Positions 46,728-60,867 are shown, counted from the first letter of the stretch. The stretch: DNA of 64,000 nt from Hypanus sabinus (GCF_030144855.1 NC_082708.1:43152001-43216000), one strand, 5' to 3'. Translations and numbers: made by a program. The notes: generated by a model from the letters alone, not told the origin.

Positions 46728-49700
46728 AGTACACAAGATTCTGCAGATGCTGGAAATCTTTAGCAACACACATAATGCTGGTGGAACTCAGCAGGTCAGG
46801 CATCATCTAAGATGGCGAATATGCAGTCAACATATCAGGTTTAGACCCTTCATCAGGACTGGAAAGGAAGTGGATAGAAACTAGAATAAGAAGGTGGAGG
46901 GGGAGGAAGGAGTAGGAACTGGCAGGGGTGATGAGACTAGATGTTGCGGGGGGGGGGGTGAATTAAAGTAATTTCCCATCCTACTAGAATAGTAGGAGAG
47001 GATTACTGTCCACTTTCAAAAGCAGGATCTCCTAGTGGTTGTTTTGTTAATTATTGAGGGATAGGGCAGAGCACACCAGGGTGCCAGCCTGCAGGATACT
47101 CAACTGGCCTTTATTGATAATCCTGTTTGTACAGCATGTGAACTCCTCCCATGTGGAGTGGCTCACCAAATGGCATAGGAATAATACTATAAGCTACCAT
47201 TATATTTCCCCTTCTTGAAACAAAAGAAAACCAGGTATTTCTTGTCATCAGACTGAACTGAAATTATAGTCACTGAAATTGAGCGATTCAGTTCACTTTA
47301 CCAATAACATGTAAATTATCCTTCTTACATAAAGTTAAAAAAAGAATTGCCAACATTATGACTGTCTTTCGCTTTGCTTTTAGTGGTGTCTCTCTCTTTG
47401 TATTCCTCCTTTTTTCACAAATTCCCTTTTAAGAGCAGTCTCATTTTGTGAAATGTTTTCAACAATAGAACTCTTTAAAAAGCACTAAATCTAAAGGAGG
47501 TCAGGGTAGACTACCTGAGCACTCTGACAAAGTGAGAGGATTATTCTGCCTCTTTAGTCACTTGCCCTAAGCTATTAGGCTCTGTGGTGGGACAGATAAA
47601 CGACCCGATCTGGTATAGGTTCCTGGAAGTGTTGGAATGGATGGAAATGCTTGAACAGGTGCCTCCACCTCAGGTAAGCGATCCTTGTCATACGGATCAG
47701 GCCACTTTATTTCCTTCTCTACCTTTCGTGCACTTAGAAGGTGTCTTTTGCACACCTGTTCTGCCTGGTTTTACCTTGTGACGTTCTGATCCCAAACAAT
47801 CATGGTGCATGCTGCCGGTGTATTGTTCCTTTGGTGAATTGGTCTGAAAGCAAATTAAGAGCTTTACCACTCATAAGCAGCAACAATGATTTTGCTCTGA
47901 GTCTGAGATCATGCATGTTATTTGCTGTGTTGTCTCAAAATTTTCTCACTTTGTCTGAGTCCATTCGTGAGGTTGGAGAAGGAAAGGAAGAATAGGTAGG
48001 CTTGTTCTCAGTCTCCAGCCCATTGATAACCCTGGACTGTAGACATTCACAAGAGACGTGGAGTGATAAGCTCGCGGTGCCTTGGAGGGGTCTTTTGCCT
48101 TCAGTAGGAAACTCTTAATAACCTGCACTGTTCTTTCCACTTCTCCATTTGCCTGTGGGTACGATGGACTGCTTGTCTGGTGTTTGAACTGAAATCCCTA
48201 GCAAAGGCTTTGAATTCTGAGCAGCTGAATTGTGGACCGTTGTCTGACACAAGTGTCTCTGGTATTCCGTGTCGAGTGGATACCGCCTTCAGGTGCTGAC
48301 GGTGTAGAGGACAGCTTGGACACTTCAACATCCCATGAGTAGTAATCCACCATGAGAAGATACTTGTCTCTTTTTCAACTCAAAAATGTCTGTGCCTGCA
48401 ATTTGCCATGGAAGGTCTGGGAATTCTGTGGGACAGAGTGATTCAGCGTGATTATTGTGCAGTTTCTGCATGTTTTACATTGCTTTACATAATCCCCCCA
48501 CTGTGTGCTCAGTCCAGGCCACCACACAGATTGCCTTACTCTTAGGCAACATTTTCCGATGCCTTGATGTCCTTGGTGGATTTGACTGATGATTTTGGGA
48601 TGCATATAAGCAGGAATGAGGAGTCTGGAGCCCTTTAGCAGTAATTCACCAAGAATAGTGTGTTTGTCTCTTTCAAGCCAGTATGGTCTGAGTTTGTGAG
48701 CTTCCTTTGGAACAGCTGGCCATCCATGCTCACGTGATTGTATGAGCTTGCTGCAGAATTAGTTCTTTTTCAGCTCAGTGCAGATACCATCCAGTTTACT
48801 CTGCGATGCAGGAAAGCTTTCATATACCTGAGCTAAGTATGATAGTCTCTTCCATGAAGGCGGAGTCACCTTCCTTCTACTCACTTTTGGATGGCATCCT
48901 CAACAAAACATCTGGTGTTGTGAAAGAGTTGCTGTGTATATGCTCAATGTCTTAACAGTATCACATAAGCATCATATTGAATCTTTGCAGACCCAGAGGT
49001 AAGTCATCCCAAGTATTTTGAGCTGAGGAGACTGACAAATGGCTTGTGGACTGTTTTGAGTTGGAACTTAGTGTCTTATCAAGTAGCAGCTGAAGAATTC
49101 ACAAGCCCACATGAGAGCCAACATCTCCTTTATGATTTGTGTGTAATGTCATTCAGCAGGAATCAGTGCTCTTGATGCATATGCCAACAGTTTCCATACA
49201 CCATTGCAGTTCTGCATGAGCACTCCACCTAGGCCAAAGGAAGAGGCATCTGCTGAGAACTTGGTTATTTTGTTCAGATGAAAGAAGGCCAATGTTGGTG
49301 GAGAGATAAGCTCTGCTTTAAGTGATGAGAGTGACGACATAGGTGGTGTGTCCCAAGTCCAAACATTTTTCTGAGAGAGGTCACGTAATGGCTTTGTTTT
49401 CTCTGCCAAATCTGGAATGAACTTTCCCTGCTGGTTTACCGTGCCAGGGAAACTGCAAATCCCTGATACATTCGTAGGTTGCTCCATGTTCTGAACTCCT
49501 GCCAGTTAGTCTAAATCTGGTCACACTCCTTCTGAGGGCAGTTGGTGGCCTACGAACTTCACCTCCAACTTCGCAAATTCGCATTTCTTTTTTTCAGAGT
49601 GATTCCAGCCTGCTTGAGTTTCTCCAAGGCAGCTTTCCACTCTTTTGCCCTGTTCCTCACTCGAGCCTCTGGAGATGACTATCTTGACCATATTGCAGAC

Positions 49701-52290
49701 TACTCTTTCCAGTCCTTCCAAAATCTGGTTCGTCCTCATCTGAAAGAATTCAAGGGCTGATGTTGCCAAAAGGGAGTCTCTTGAAGGCCTAGTATGATAA
49801 AGGTCCTGAGCTTCTGTGACTCAGAAGTTAAACGGATTTGCAGGATCCTTGAGTTTGCATCTCGTTTGGTGAAGAACTTTGCTCCACCCAGCATACCCAA
49901 TGTATGCTGAAGAGGGTAGTATAAACAAACTTCCTCCACCTCACTGCATTATTCAGCTTGGTTAGATGAACACAGATCTTCACTGTGCCATCTGTCTTGG
50001 GAACAGGAACAGTGCCTGCACACTAGTCAGCTGGTCCATTCCCTCTAATTATGATGTCAGGCACCTCCCCTTTCTCATGATTAGCTTTGGTTTTGTTCAT
50101 CAATGGGACTGGTATAGGCCTCATTGTGATCAGAGAGTAGGTCAGTACTCCTGGCCTCAGCTGGATAAAGTACTCTTCTTTCAGGTCTGTGAACAACCCT
50201 GGGTACTTCCCCTGTCACTGAACATTGAGTAGTGAATCCAACCTTGCATTGTGGTTCAGCTTCTTGATGATATGTTGCCCCAGTAGTGTTGAGAAGAGAT
50301 TCTGAACAACATAGACGTCTTCTTTTAACTGTTTCTGATTTTTACAGATGAAAGAAATAAACATTCCTTTCATATTTTGCTTATATTTCCCTAGCCTTGT
50401 GAGCATAATGCTTGTTTTCTTCACCAGTTTTGTGAACAGACATTCGGGATGGCTCTGCCCCAGTGTCCATTTTGAACATTACTGCTTCATTTTGCAACTG
50501 AACTGTCGTACACCAGCCTTGTCTATTTGAAACTAGAGCCCCAAGGAAAGCTCTCTCTTCGTCTGAATCATGGTCTTCTTTGACTCCTGAAGAGCTGTTT
50601 TTGAGTGACACTGGCTTTTATAATGGCCAACTCTATTGCATTTGTGGCATTTCACTTCTTTTGCTGGACAGAACTTTGACATGGAATGCAGACTCGCCAC
50701 ACCTCCTGCAGATGACATTTTTCCTGCTCTTCGTTCCGCTTGTGTGTTTTGTTTGAGCTGAGCTCTACTGTCGCCTCTTTCTGTAGTCTTTCTGACTGCA
50801 ATTTGTTTGTAAGCTTCTAGCTTTACCTTAGCATCATGTCTGTTGCTGATGAACATTGTCCCTCTACCTAGACATAGTAATAGCTTTCTCTAGTCTGTAG
50901 CTGAAGCCTCTCTGACAATTTGTTGTCCAGTAGCTCAACAGTAATCCTGTCTCTAATGAACTCATTTCTCAGAATTCCGTATGCAAAGTTGTCTGACAGA
51001 CCATACAATGCTGTGATGAAGTCATTTACACTTTCATCTTGCACCTGTATTCTGGAGTTGAACTTTGCATTTTGCTTTCCTGTGAAATACTCTTTGAATT
51101 TGCCCTGCACTGTTTTGTACTCCTTTTTCTGACCATCTGACAGTTCTAATCCATCCATGGTTATCTACTTTGTCACCAATGCAGTATACCAGTGTGCTTA
51201 CTTGATGCTTTTCTGAAGCCTGAGTGAGATTGCTTGCAACCCTAAATCTCTCAAAAGTGCCTGAGCCATTTCTTAAAGTCCCTTGGTTTAGAGAAATCAA
51301 ATGTCTGAGGGGGCATTATTGGGCAAGTAGATGTAGGTACTGCAGGTATTTGCTCCATTTTCCTGTTTGCTTATTTTTTCTTTTGTTTATTTGTATTACA
51401 AAAGTCTTCTTTTCCTGTCCTGAGAGTTTGACTGACTTCTCAGCTGCGTCTGTGCACCTGTGCACTTCCTCAGGCTAATGGCCCAAGACGATTACAACGT
51501 ATCCTTGTTTGAGTGTAGCTCAAAGGTGTTGCCTAGCAAACCTGGCCTCTTCTCAGCTCATGCCTCATGTTAGCAAACTAGTATAGATAGTTTATGTTGA
51601 TAGGTCTCTGGATATTTTTCATAGTACAAGAGCAGTCTTATAAATTCTTTCTTGTTGGGGATCTCAGTTAGTCTGTAGCATCAATTCTTTGTTGATGAAC
51701 CACTTCTGACACCATGTTATGTTCATTATCGAGGGATAGTGCAGTGCACACCAGGATGCCAGCATGCAGGATACTCAACTGAACTTTACTACAGCCCTGA
51801 TAGTACAGAATGTGATCTCCTCCCATACTCGAGTGTCTAACTGACTGGCATAGGAACACCACTATCAACTACCACAGTACTGGCCACCCATTTCATTTCA
51901 GATTCCCATTCTCTCTCTGACATGTATGTCCATGGCCTCCTCTACTTCCACGATGAGGCCAAATTCATGTTAGAGGAGCAACACTTCATATTCTACCTGA
52001 CTACCCTCCAAACTGCTGGCTTCAACATCGATTTCTCTGACTTCCGGTAATTACACCCCTCTCCCCAGTCCTTTCTCTTTTTTTCCCATTCCACATTCTG
52101 TTTACCCCCTTACCCTTACTCATCTCACCTCCCTCTGGTTCCCCTCCTTTATCCCTTTCTTCCATGGACTGCTGCCCCTTTCCTTTCCAGTCCTGATAAA
52201 GGATCTTGGGCTGATATATCAACTACTTATTCTCCTCCATAGATGCTGCCTTACTTGCTGTGTTCCTCCAGCATTTTGTGTGTGTTAATC
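46728..52290. mobile_element. Penelope-like element (inverted terminal piece 46728-~46960; 3' part 51877-52290) split by the Gypsy insertion
   Basis: The body reads CAGGATCTCCTAGTGG | GGCCACCCATTTC...EEQHFIF, a GIY-YIG-region C-terminal remnant that matches 54256-54420. Terminal repeats with hammerhead-like cores lie on both sides. Confidence 0.7.
47040..51876 (-). mobile_element. Full-length decayed Gypsy LTR retrotransposon
   Basis: LTRs of ~162 bp (47040-47201, 51715-51876), PBS TGGTGTCAGAAGTGG (tRNA-Leu-like) and PPT AAGAAGGGGAAAT. Coding remnants appear in Gypsy order: gag knuckle CHKCNRVGHYKSQC, protease DTGA, RT, RNase H ADASSFGLGGVL, integrase HQGHQG..C..C and PETLVSDNGPQF. Confidence 0.93.
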
Positions 52291-53189
52291 ATTATTAATA
52301 AGTTACACCATCTTCAATAAAATTCCATCACCAGATGTGTCTTCCTCTCCCCTCCATTTCAACATTCTGAAGGCACTGCTCCCTTTGGGATTTAGTTCCT
52401 TGTGTACTCTCCATTTCTACTAATCACTGTCCTTCTCAAGGCACTGCAACCCTTCAGTGTTTTGGCAACAAGATACCTTTGTTTATTTCTTTTTGTTTGT
52501 ATTCTTCTACATCCTTTATCAGAACTGTCTCACTCAACTGGGATTTTATTTGATATTGAGTAATTGAAAATCCACTGCAGATCAGATATGCAACTGCTTG
52601 GATATACTCCTGAAGGTTTATTGAACTTTGGATCATGTGAGAACCTCTAACACCTTGTATAAATATATTCATAAATCTTGTACAGAGTAAAGTTCAGCAC
52701 ACATCACACTTCCCGTTGTCCCATGTTTGAACTAGCACTATCATAATGTTTGCTCTGTTGATTTTTTCATTGCTTTTCATTTTTTTAATGGAATAATACA
52801 GGAATTGTTAATGTCACTGATTTTCTTTGTTTCTAAGCTGTGGATTCCTCTGCACAAAGTCAGTTATATGAAGCACAGTCTTTGAAGCCCTTTGGGAGTA
52901 TCAGTATTTCGAGTGCAAACAGGATTACTGTGTTCTTAGCTGGTTAGAAATATCACTGCACTGGCAAGTGATCCAATGAATGCAACTTGAATGATGTTAC
53001 CCCATCCATCAAACACAAAATTTCCCTGCAGAAATACGTTTTTGTGCAGTATTGTGTAACAGAACTGGCCAAGCCATATTGCATCTTATTAGTGCAAGTC
53101 ATATCTAGGGTGAAAATTAGCTGTCAACAGATGATTGGTATAGAAAATTAAATTTTAAGCATTAGGAGATGTTTTTAAATCCTCTAATT

Positions 53190-53256
53190 CAGGGGTTCCC
53201 AACCTTGCCAAATCCATTAAGCAAGGGGTCCATGGGCCCCAGGTTGGGAACTCCTG
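53190..53256. mobile_element. Tiny hAT-type MITE remnant
   Basis: TIRs CAGGGGTTCCCAACCT / AGGTTGGGAACTCCTG bound a 67-bp element. No TSD is retained. Confidence 0.6.
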
Positions 53257-54224
53257 CAACTGAAACTTGAATCTCTGTAAGGCATTCCAACAATGCTGAT
53301 TGTTTACATCATTTCTTTGCTGCACAGGGATTTTTTTCTGATTGAATTGGTTGAGGAGAGATATACAAAACAATTAAGGATTGCCTGTCCAACAAATATG
53401 TATCTGCTTTATTAAGAGCAGTATAAGCATGAGCAACCAATAGCAGTATTTCTTCCCCAGTGCCAAACAAGCTGACTCACTATTAAGTAGAAACTCATGG
53501 CCATTTTAGGAGAGTTGGTAGTCCTAATGCACTATGACTTGGCTTTTGGAAACTTGAAATGATCCTAAACTTTGTAACGTAAACCAGTTTAGTAGTTTTT
53601 GTAGTTCGCCAGATTTCTATCTAGCCTTGGCAATGCATCAGGTACAGCTAAACAAATACAAATATTGCTGGTCCTGGAATTTTGAATTCACGGGAACGGC
53701 TGGAAATTTTCAGCAGTTGCAGAAAGAGCTGCAAGTACCTTTTTACTGTGTCTTATAACAAACAGCAGATAAATCAGAGTGGATCAATCATGATTGTGTT
53801 TATTTTACTTGCTGCAAGGGAAGGACCATCCCTGCATAGAAGTGGTGATAGCTTTGAAAGAAACAGACAGCATTATCCCTCCTTTGTACCAAGTGTTAGC
53901 TAATGTCTGTCAGTTCAAGATCAGGGTGCCTTCTTTTTGCCTGCTATATCAGTGTACTTGGCATTCTTCTAGTAATGTCTTTCTTTCTGCAGTCTGTCAT
54001 ATACTCAAAGTCCATTGGCATAATGTTACACAAACACTATAAGCAAAGTACTCTGGTACAATACAGGTTCCATTTTGTTACAGTCAAAGATGCAATTTTG
54101 TTACTGCAAGTGAAGTATATCTCCACACAGTTGTGAAGAGAAAAGGAAGTTTTCATGTTTTTGATCAATTATCTGATCAGAACCAGTGAAAAGATCGTCA
54201 GTACAAAACACTAATTGCCAAAAT

Positions 54225-54800
54225 CTGCACCATCCGCCAGAGGTGGAATTTCTCAGTGGTCAACTATTATAATTCCTATACCCATTCCTGTTCCAACATG
54301 TCAGTCCATGGCCTCCTCTTCTGCCACGTTAAGGCCACTCTCACACTGGAAGAGCAACAGCTCATATTCCGTCTAAGTGGCCTCCAACCTAATGGCATGA
54401 ACATTGATTTCTCCTTCCGGCAGTATTTTCCCCTTTTCTTTCTTTTCCCCTCCCCCTTCGCTCTTCTTTGCCTCTTTCCCTATCTGTCCTCCTACCTCTT
54501 CTGTACACATGTCTTTCACTTCCCCGTGGTGCTCCTCCTCCTTCCCTTTTTCCCATGGTCCACTCCCCTCTCCTATCAGTTTACTTCTTCACCAGTCCTT
54601 TACCTTTCCCGACACCTGGCTTCACCAGTCACCTTCTAGCATGTGCTACTTCCCCTCCTTCCAGCTTTTTATTCTGTCATCTTTCTCACTTCCTTTCCAG
54701 TCCTGATGAAAATGGCCTCGCCCCAAAATGTTGACTGTTTATTCCTTTTCGTAGACGCTGTCTGACCTGCTGAGTTCCTCCAGCATTTTGTATGTGTTGC
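54225..54800 (+). mobile_element. Penelope-like element 3' fragment
   Basis: ORF fragment MSVHGLLFCHVKATLTLEEQQLIFRLSGLQPNGMNIDFS is followed by a pyrimidine-rich tract and a terminal repeat with CCTGATGAA. Confidence 0.75.
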
Positions 54801-54879
54801 TCTGGAGTAGTAGTAGTAGTTTTTTTCTTTAAATGTACAGTTTTTTAAAAACTATATCTGCAGTGTTTAGTTGCTAAAT

Positions 54880-55790
54880 GCATTAGATCCAAATGGTTAG
54901 GACCCATGGGGTCTAAAATGGGTCGGCAGATTAGATCTGAATTTGGCTTGGTAAGAGAATACAGAAGGTGATGGGGGAAGCATTACTTGTTTATTTGAAG
55001 CCACAATAGTCAGTGCAGAGGCATTTACCATTTGTTATATCCATTAACAACTTGTACTTGAATCATTAGTAAGGTTATAGGCGACAGAAAGATGGGTGTT
55101 GTTGAAGATGAAGTGGATAATCAGATTACAGGATGATATTAATCAGTTAGATTGGCAGAGGAACCAGTGGAATATAATTTTGATAAGTGCATGGTAATGC
55201 ACTTTGGGAGAACTAACAAGCAGAGGACTTTGACAATGAATGATAGGTCCTGAGGTAGTATTGAGGAACAAAGGGATCTTGGTGTACTTGTCTGAGGATT
55301 CCTGAAAATTATAGCACAGGCAGATAAGGTGGTGAGGAGAGCATATAGAATTCCTGCCTTCATTAAACTCAGAATATCAGAACAGTGAGGCTTTCACACA
55401 ACATTATAAAACACTAATTAGGAAGGAGGTGACTGTACAGAAGGGTGTGCGACAAAGATTAACCAAGATGTTGGTGAAATGAACTGATTCAGTTATGAGG
55501 AGAGCCTGCAGAGGCTGGGTTTTGTCTTCCTTGGAGTGGAGGAGGCTGAGAGGGTACCTGATGGAAGTATACAAAAGTTTGAAGGGCATCAATAGTATAG
55601 ATTATTGTAAATTTTTCCCCAAAGCAGAGGTGCTTAAAACTTGAGGATATAAGTTTAAGGTGAAGAGAAAGAGGCATGGAGAATATATGAGGTGAAGAAT
55701 GAGTTGAAGATTTTTCCATCCAAAGTATAGATTCTGGAATGCATTTCCTGAAAGGATGGTAGAGGGAGGTACATAGACACATTTAATGGT
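54880..55790 (+). mobile_element. Old CR1 RT fragment
   Basis: Degenerate DKCMVMHFGR and EQRDLGV motifs, plus a CR1 3' region. Confidence 0.7.
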
Positions 55791-56981
55791 AATGTACTAC
55801 ACATGAGTAACTAAGTGATAATTAATTTCAAAATATCCAGATGAGAACATTGAGCCATTCAAGAGAAGCGTTATGAGGGAAAAAAAGCACAAGAAAAAGA
55901 TTTAAATTTCTTCTGCATTTGTAATTTTACAATATTGGAATAATTTTGGATATTTTCTATTCACATTTGGGGCACTTTGCTAACACTGTGGTATTTCCCA
56001 TCTAGTCAGAATGTTATCGACAAAGATCGCGATGTATTTTATCATTGTCTTTGTAGATATTAAATTTCTTCCTTTTTTAAGTTAATACTTCTGTTCTTTA
56101 AAGATATACTACTGAAATAGAGTTCCTATGACCAGCCAATAAAAAAGATGTTACTCTGTCTATTTTCTACTTTCCTTCAGAGAGTTGGATGATTTCTGTA
56201 ATTATTTTGCTTTCAACTCAGCTGTTGTTGCGAATGCTTTGTAAAGATCAGTGTAATAATGGATTCATCTTTTAGAGAATGCTATGCTCAAGTGAACAAT
56301 CAATTATTGCATTATCTGTCATACTGTCTCAAAACACAAACTTTGATGATTTGCCTTTTTATTGAAAGCTGCTTGACTTGCATACTTTGGTCAGTAAGTT
56401 GTATTGCCAACTTTATATGTGTACTAATTGGAAATTTGCTCTAGAAAGTCATCAGTATCCACAGTATTAAAAAAAAATCTAAAGAGAAACAGTTTGTGGG
56501 TGTTTCTGGCGCCCAGTCAAAGAAATTGAATGCTATGATTTTTAAATTTTGTATAATAAAATATTTATGCTTTAACATTCATTGTCATGCAAAGATGGGT
56601 GCACATTTTCAATAAATTTCCCTTTGCCATCCATAACCCAAATAGCATTAATCACAATCCTGTTAATTTATATGTGCGTGTATATAATTAGCTTGGATAG
56701 TTCTGATTTGCCTAACCCTGTTTTCTCAGTGTTCTTCAATTACTTGATTTTAGAAGAAAGCACAATTCAGCAAAATATGCATATCCGAGGAAGTTTAGAC
56801 TAAGTACGATGGAGACTGTATTGGATATTTCTTAGATCTGACAAGTTAGTGTGAATGTATACTGTGCCATGCATCAGGAGTTGACATTGAGACTTTTGTA
56901 CAAAAGAAATCAATTTTGAAGTTAAGCAGTAGTGTTAGTAAAGATGTAAAAAAAGTAAAGATCTGTGTTCACATTTGAAAG

Positions 56982-57323
56982 GTTTCCTCTCTGGAAGATG
57001 AAAAGACAAACACACAGAGAATTGCTCAAAGAAGATGGAACTGTGGGAAAGGCAGGCTGCGACAACGGCCGCTTTCTGACTGTGGCCAGTTTGCAAGCAC
57101 TAACTTTTCTATCCCAGAGAATGGTCTTCCTATACAGCCTCAAAAACTGGAGTTTGGAGATTGTGAAGGCAGCACTGAGACATCTTGTGTTGACTCCCAG
57201 GCACAAAAATATACCAGTATTCAGCAATATCGAAATGAAAAACGAAGACCCATCTCTGTAATTGATGGGTTTAATATCTACGGAAATAATAAGTCTGAGG
57301 AAATGGACCTTTTTACAGTACAA
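56982..57323 (+). CDS. SPATA13: SPATA13 coding exon (not reported in this frame by the ORF track)
   Basis: The 342-nt exon is phase 0-0 with AAG| and CAA|GTAAGA boundaries. It translates VSSLEDEKTNTQRIAQRRWNCGKGRLRQRPLSDCGQF...IPEN...KRRPISVIDGFNIYGNNKSEEMDLFTVQ, matching the SPATA13 RRW..RP.SD.GQ and RRPISVI motifs. An in-frame TGA just upstream fixes the acceptor. Confidence 0.9.
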
Positions 57324-59529
57324 GTAAGATGATACTCTTGCTGCTTCTACTATACAAAAAACTTTCCCACTTTGCTCTTATCTTTGAAAATTTCTCTTCT
57401 GTTCTTCATGAGATTCATATATGGGAAGTAGACTTGTTTCTTTTTTTTATACAAATTCAGACATTGCTTTTTAAAAAATGCTTTTTGCCAAAAAAAAAGT
57501 GAAAGGCAATAATATGTGCCGGAGTATGTTTATCTCTGAGATGCATTTCATATCCCTTGCCTTTAATAAATTTTGGTGACTGCATCGCAAATTCACGAAT
57601 CTGATGAAAGTGAATTAAAATTATGATTATAAAAGCTATTTGTTTCATGCAATGCATTGACTTATGAAAGGATAGTTGATCTATTTCCCATGTTTTAAAG
57701 TTGAAATTAAGTGAAATTTTATTTGTTGCTTACAATCATCCAGAAGAATCCATAGAATTTGCTGTTTTGATCTATCACACAGTAAGATGTTTTCAGTGGG
57801 ATTACAGCAGAAGCAGCAATGTTCATTGAGGATTTGAGCTGGTGAGAACTTGTGAAGACTAACATCTTCAGTGTTGCAAAAGAGAAAGTTCAGAATTTTT
57901 TCCTTTGATTGTTTTAGAAAAAAATTGTCATGAACACCTTTTACTGCAGGTACTACGGGCAAGGCCAACATCTTGTGTCCCTCCCTATCTCCTTTCAAAA
58001 AGATTTTGATGAACTGTCTTCTTGCACCTTTCCAACGGTTGGGTGTGAATTCCAGGATTTGGACCCACCCAATAAAAATAAATAATAACATATTTCCAGG
58101 TCTAGATGGTATATGACTTTGTTGGGAGGGGGCAGAGTAACCTGCAAGTCGGTATGTTCCCATACTTTCTGCCCCTCCACCTTTTGCTAAAAATTACTAT
58201 TTAATCCTTTTTTTAAATCCAGGTGAATCATGACTGTCTTGCACTCCCCCATCCACCCTAATTGTTAAAGTTAGTTGTTTTGTCTTAACTACTATAGAAT
58301 GATTGAATCACTCACAAAAAGAACAATCCAATTTAATCCATATTCCTGCTTCCCCCACTCCCACCCCCTTTCTAACCGTGTAACTTTGAGGTACATATTC
58401 AACTGAAGTTCCTATGAATTCTGATTCCATTGGTGGAGTTGGGAGGAGGATGGAAATCTTAATTGTGATCAGGCAGGCATCTATAAGCAATTGAATTTTG
58501 GAATTTGCCCGTGTAACTCCTGTTACAGTAAGCTGTACAGAGATTTGTCAGGCTATTAAATCTTAATACAAAGCATTGGTCCACAAAGAGTGTTACAGGC
58601 AATTAAATGGTGATGGGGAGTACAAAATTAAGTATCAGGATAGAAAAGTTAAGAAACAAAAATAATGTTTTTTTTAACTTAAAGGACAAACTATTAGGAT
58701 GGCTAATTGAATTCCCAGCCTTGCCATAGAACAAAGAGAATAAAGGGCAAGCAGGTACTCTTACAGAATTGGTGCACAGTATTATCATCACAGCTTGAAG
58801 GTGCAAATATGTGGAGTTCAAACTTGTGTGAGAAGCTTAAGGTGTCTCGGTTTGCAAATAATGTGAGAGTGGGACTGGAGTACTATAGAGTATTATCACC
58901 ATGAATCAACACTCAAAGGCAAAAAAAAATGCAGTAAATGGAAAATGGAGAATTTTTGATTTAAACAGTTCTTGGTGCGGTGTGATTCAAAGTCTTTTAG
59001 ATCAGAAGATTTTTTTTTTGCTGAGTTAGCTGGACTTCTGTGAGCAAAAGTTGAGATGCTACAGGTGACTTGTGAACCCTTTGTTAGAAGGTGAAAACTG
59101 TTCCTGATTGATGAGTCAAAGAAAGTGGCAAATGGCCAAAGTAGAAACTATAATCTCTGCCAGGCCCATTTCTCCATAGACTATCTGGCAGTATGAACCC
59201 ATTCCTGGTAATTCTGAAATACAATGTACTGAAGTAAATACATTTCAACCTATCAGCCCACCTTGTTCGTTAACCTGCCCCTGCCTGTTCTTCCTTTCAG
59301 CCTTCGTACCAAAATGGACCAAGACCCCTGGCTGCTGACCACACCCCCCCCTTTCAGAATGAACTGCCCTCAATCAAAATCTTCTTGACCCTGGCACTAG
59401 TAAAGCCACACAGCATCTTGGATTCCTGCTCGTGGCCACAGAACACCTGTAGTGCCCCTGACTCCAGAGGTTTATCTCTTAAACCTTGTCCTGCTGCAAA
59501 ACAGCCTATCATCCTGCCACCACTCTGAT

Positions 59530-60480
59530 TAATGCCGTCATTTCAACCATACACATGTGTACAGCTAAATGAACCATTGATCCCCTGGGGCCAAGGTGCA
59601 AAACACAGTTCACACAGTCGCAAAATAACATTAGTACAAGTCCCAGAGAAGGACGGCCTGAAGGCTGACTGGTTGACGTTAAGTATAAGGTACATGCTTA
59701 TATTAGACAGTACTGGCACTATAATGAAACAAGCTGTAGTATAAATACATGACACAGCAGCAGTGAAAGATAAAATATCACCAGCACAGAATGAGAATAT
59801 GCCTGTGAGTTGGGGAGGAGAGGGGGAGGCAGGGCATTCAGACAGGGTGGACATGTGTACCGGGTGGCACTAGGGTTTAAAGAAGACTAACAGCTTGGGA
59901 GAAGGAGCTGTTGCCCAGCTTGACAGTTCTGGTTCTTATGCTGCACTACCTTCTGCCTGACGGCAGATGGTCAAAGGGATTGTGGGAAGATGGGAGGGTC
60001 CTTTGACAATGCTGGAACCACCAAATATGCAATGCTACTGGTATATGTTCCTGAATGGAGTGGGGGAAAGAGACCCTGGTGATGTTTCCGGCAGCCGTCA
60101 CTATCTGTTGTAGGATTTTGCGAGCTGATGCATTGCAATTCCCATACCAGATGGTGATGCAGTTGGTCAGGACACTCTCTGGTAGAGAATTTAGTGAGAA
60201 TGGTGGGCTGGTGGGTGGGGAGCCTCGCCTCTGGAAGTGGAGATGCTGTTGTGCTGTCTTGACAAAAGAGGTACTGTTGGTCGTCAGTAATGTGCACGCC
60301 AAGAAACTTGGTGTTTCTGACTGTCTCCGAGGTGAAGCCATTAATGTTCAGTCAGACATAGGCAGCCTGCTCCTTCATGATCGCATCTTTAATCTTGACC
60401 ATGTTGAGACTCAGGTTGTTGTGTTTACACCAGTCCTGAAAGATCATCTATCCCCTTTTGTCTTTGAGCTAAACTCTCTT
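59530..60480 (-). mobile_element. Old Rex1/Babar LINE 3' fragment
   Basis: Translation gives ESVLTNCITIWYGNC..RKILQQIV..HLPSGRR. Confidence 0.75.
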
Positions 60481-60722
60481 ACATTTGGAAAATTAAGATG
60501 AAAAACATGGTAAATGTGAATTGAAAAAGAAATCATGAACTTGAAACATCCGATTTAAAACAATTTGAATATTGATATTTGGTTAAATTGGGAGTTCAGT
60601 AGAATTTGTATTTGCTTGTATAACAAATAGCTCAAATAGTCAACTTATTTGATTAAGTTTTTAATTTCTAATGAATAATATATTTTCTAATCAAACACTT
60701 TGTTCACGTTTTTTATTTTCAG

Positions 60723-60867
60723 TCAGTTGTTCGACCACCCATTCCTTCACATCAAGTACCACCATACAAAGCAGTGTCTGCCAGAATTCGACCATTAACC
60801 TTTTCCCATAGTACCCCCATTGGCTTGGATCGGGTTGGATGCAGAAGACAAAAGAGGACATCGTATA
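60723..60867 (+). CDS. SPATA13: SPATA13 coding exon (missed by the ORF track)
   Basis: The 145-nt exon has acceptor TTTTTATTTTCAG| and donor A|GTAAGT. It translates SVVRPPIPSHQVPPYKAVSARIRPLTFSHSTPIGLDRVGCRRQKRTSY, closely matching SPATA13 HQVPPYKAVSAR.RP.TFS.STPIGLDRVG. Confidence 0.95.

Noticed and set aside
56965-57261. 98-aa plus-strand ORF and the overlapping 133-aa minus-strand ORF
   Set aside because: These are alternative-frame and antisense shadows of the real SPATA13 exon at 56982-57323.
60721-60726. Tandem acceptor AG-TC-AG
   Set aside because: The second AG is 4 nt downstream and would frameshift the conserved exon.
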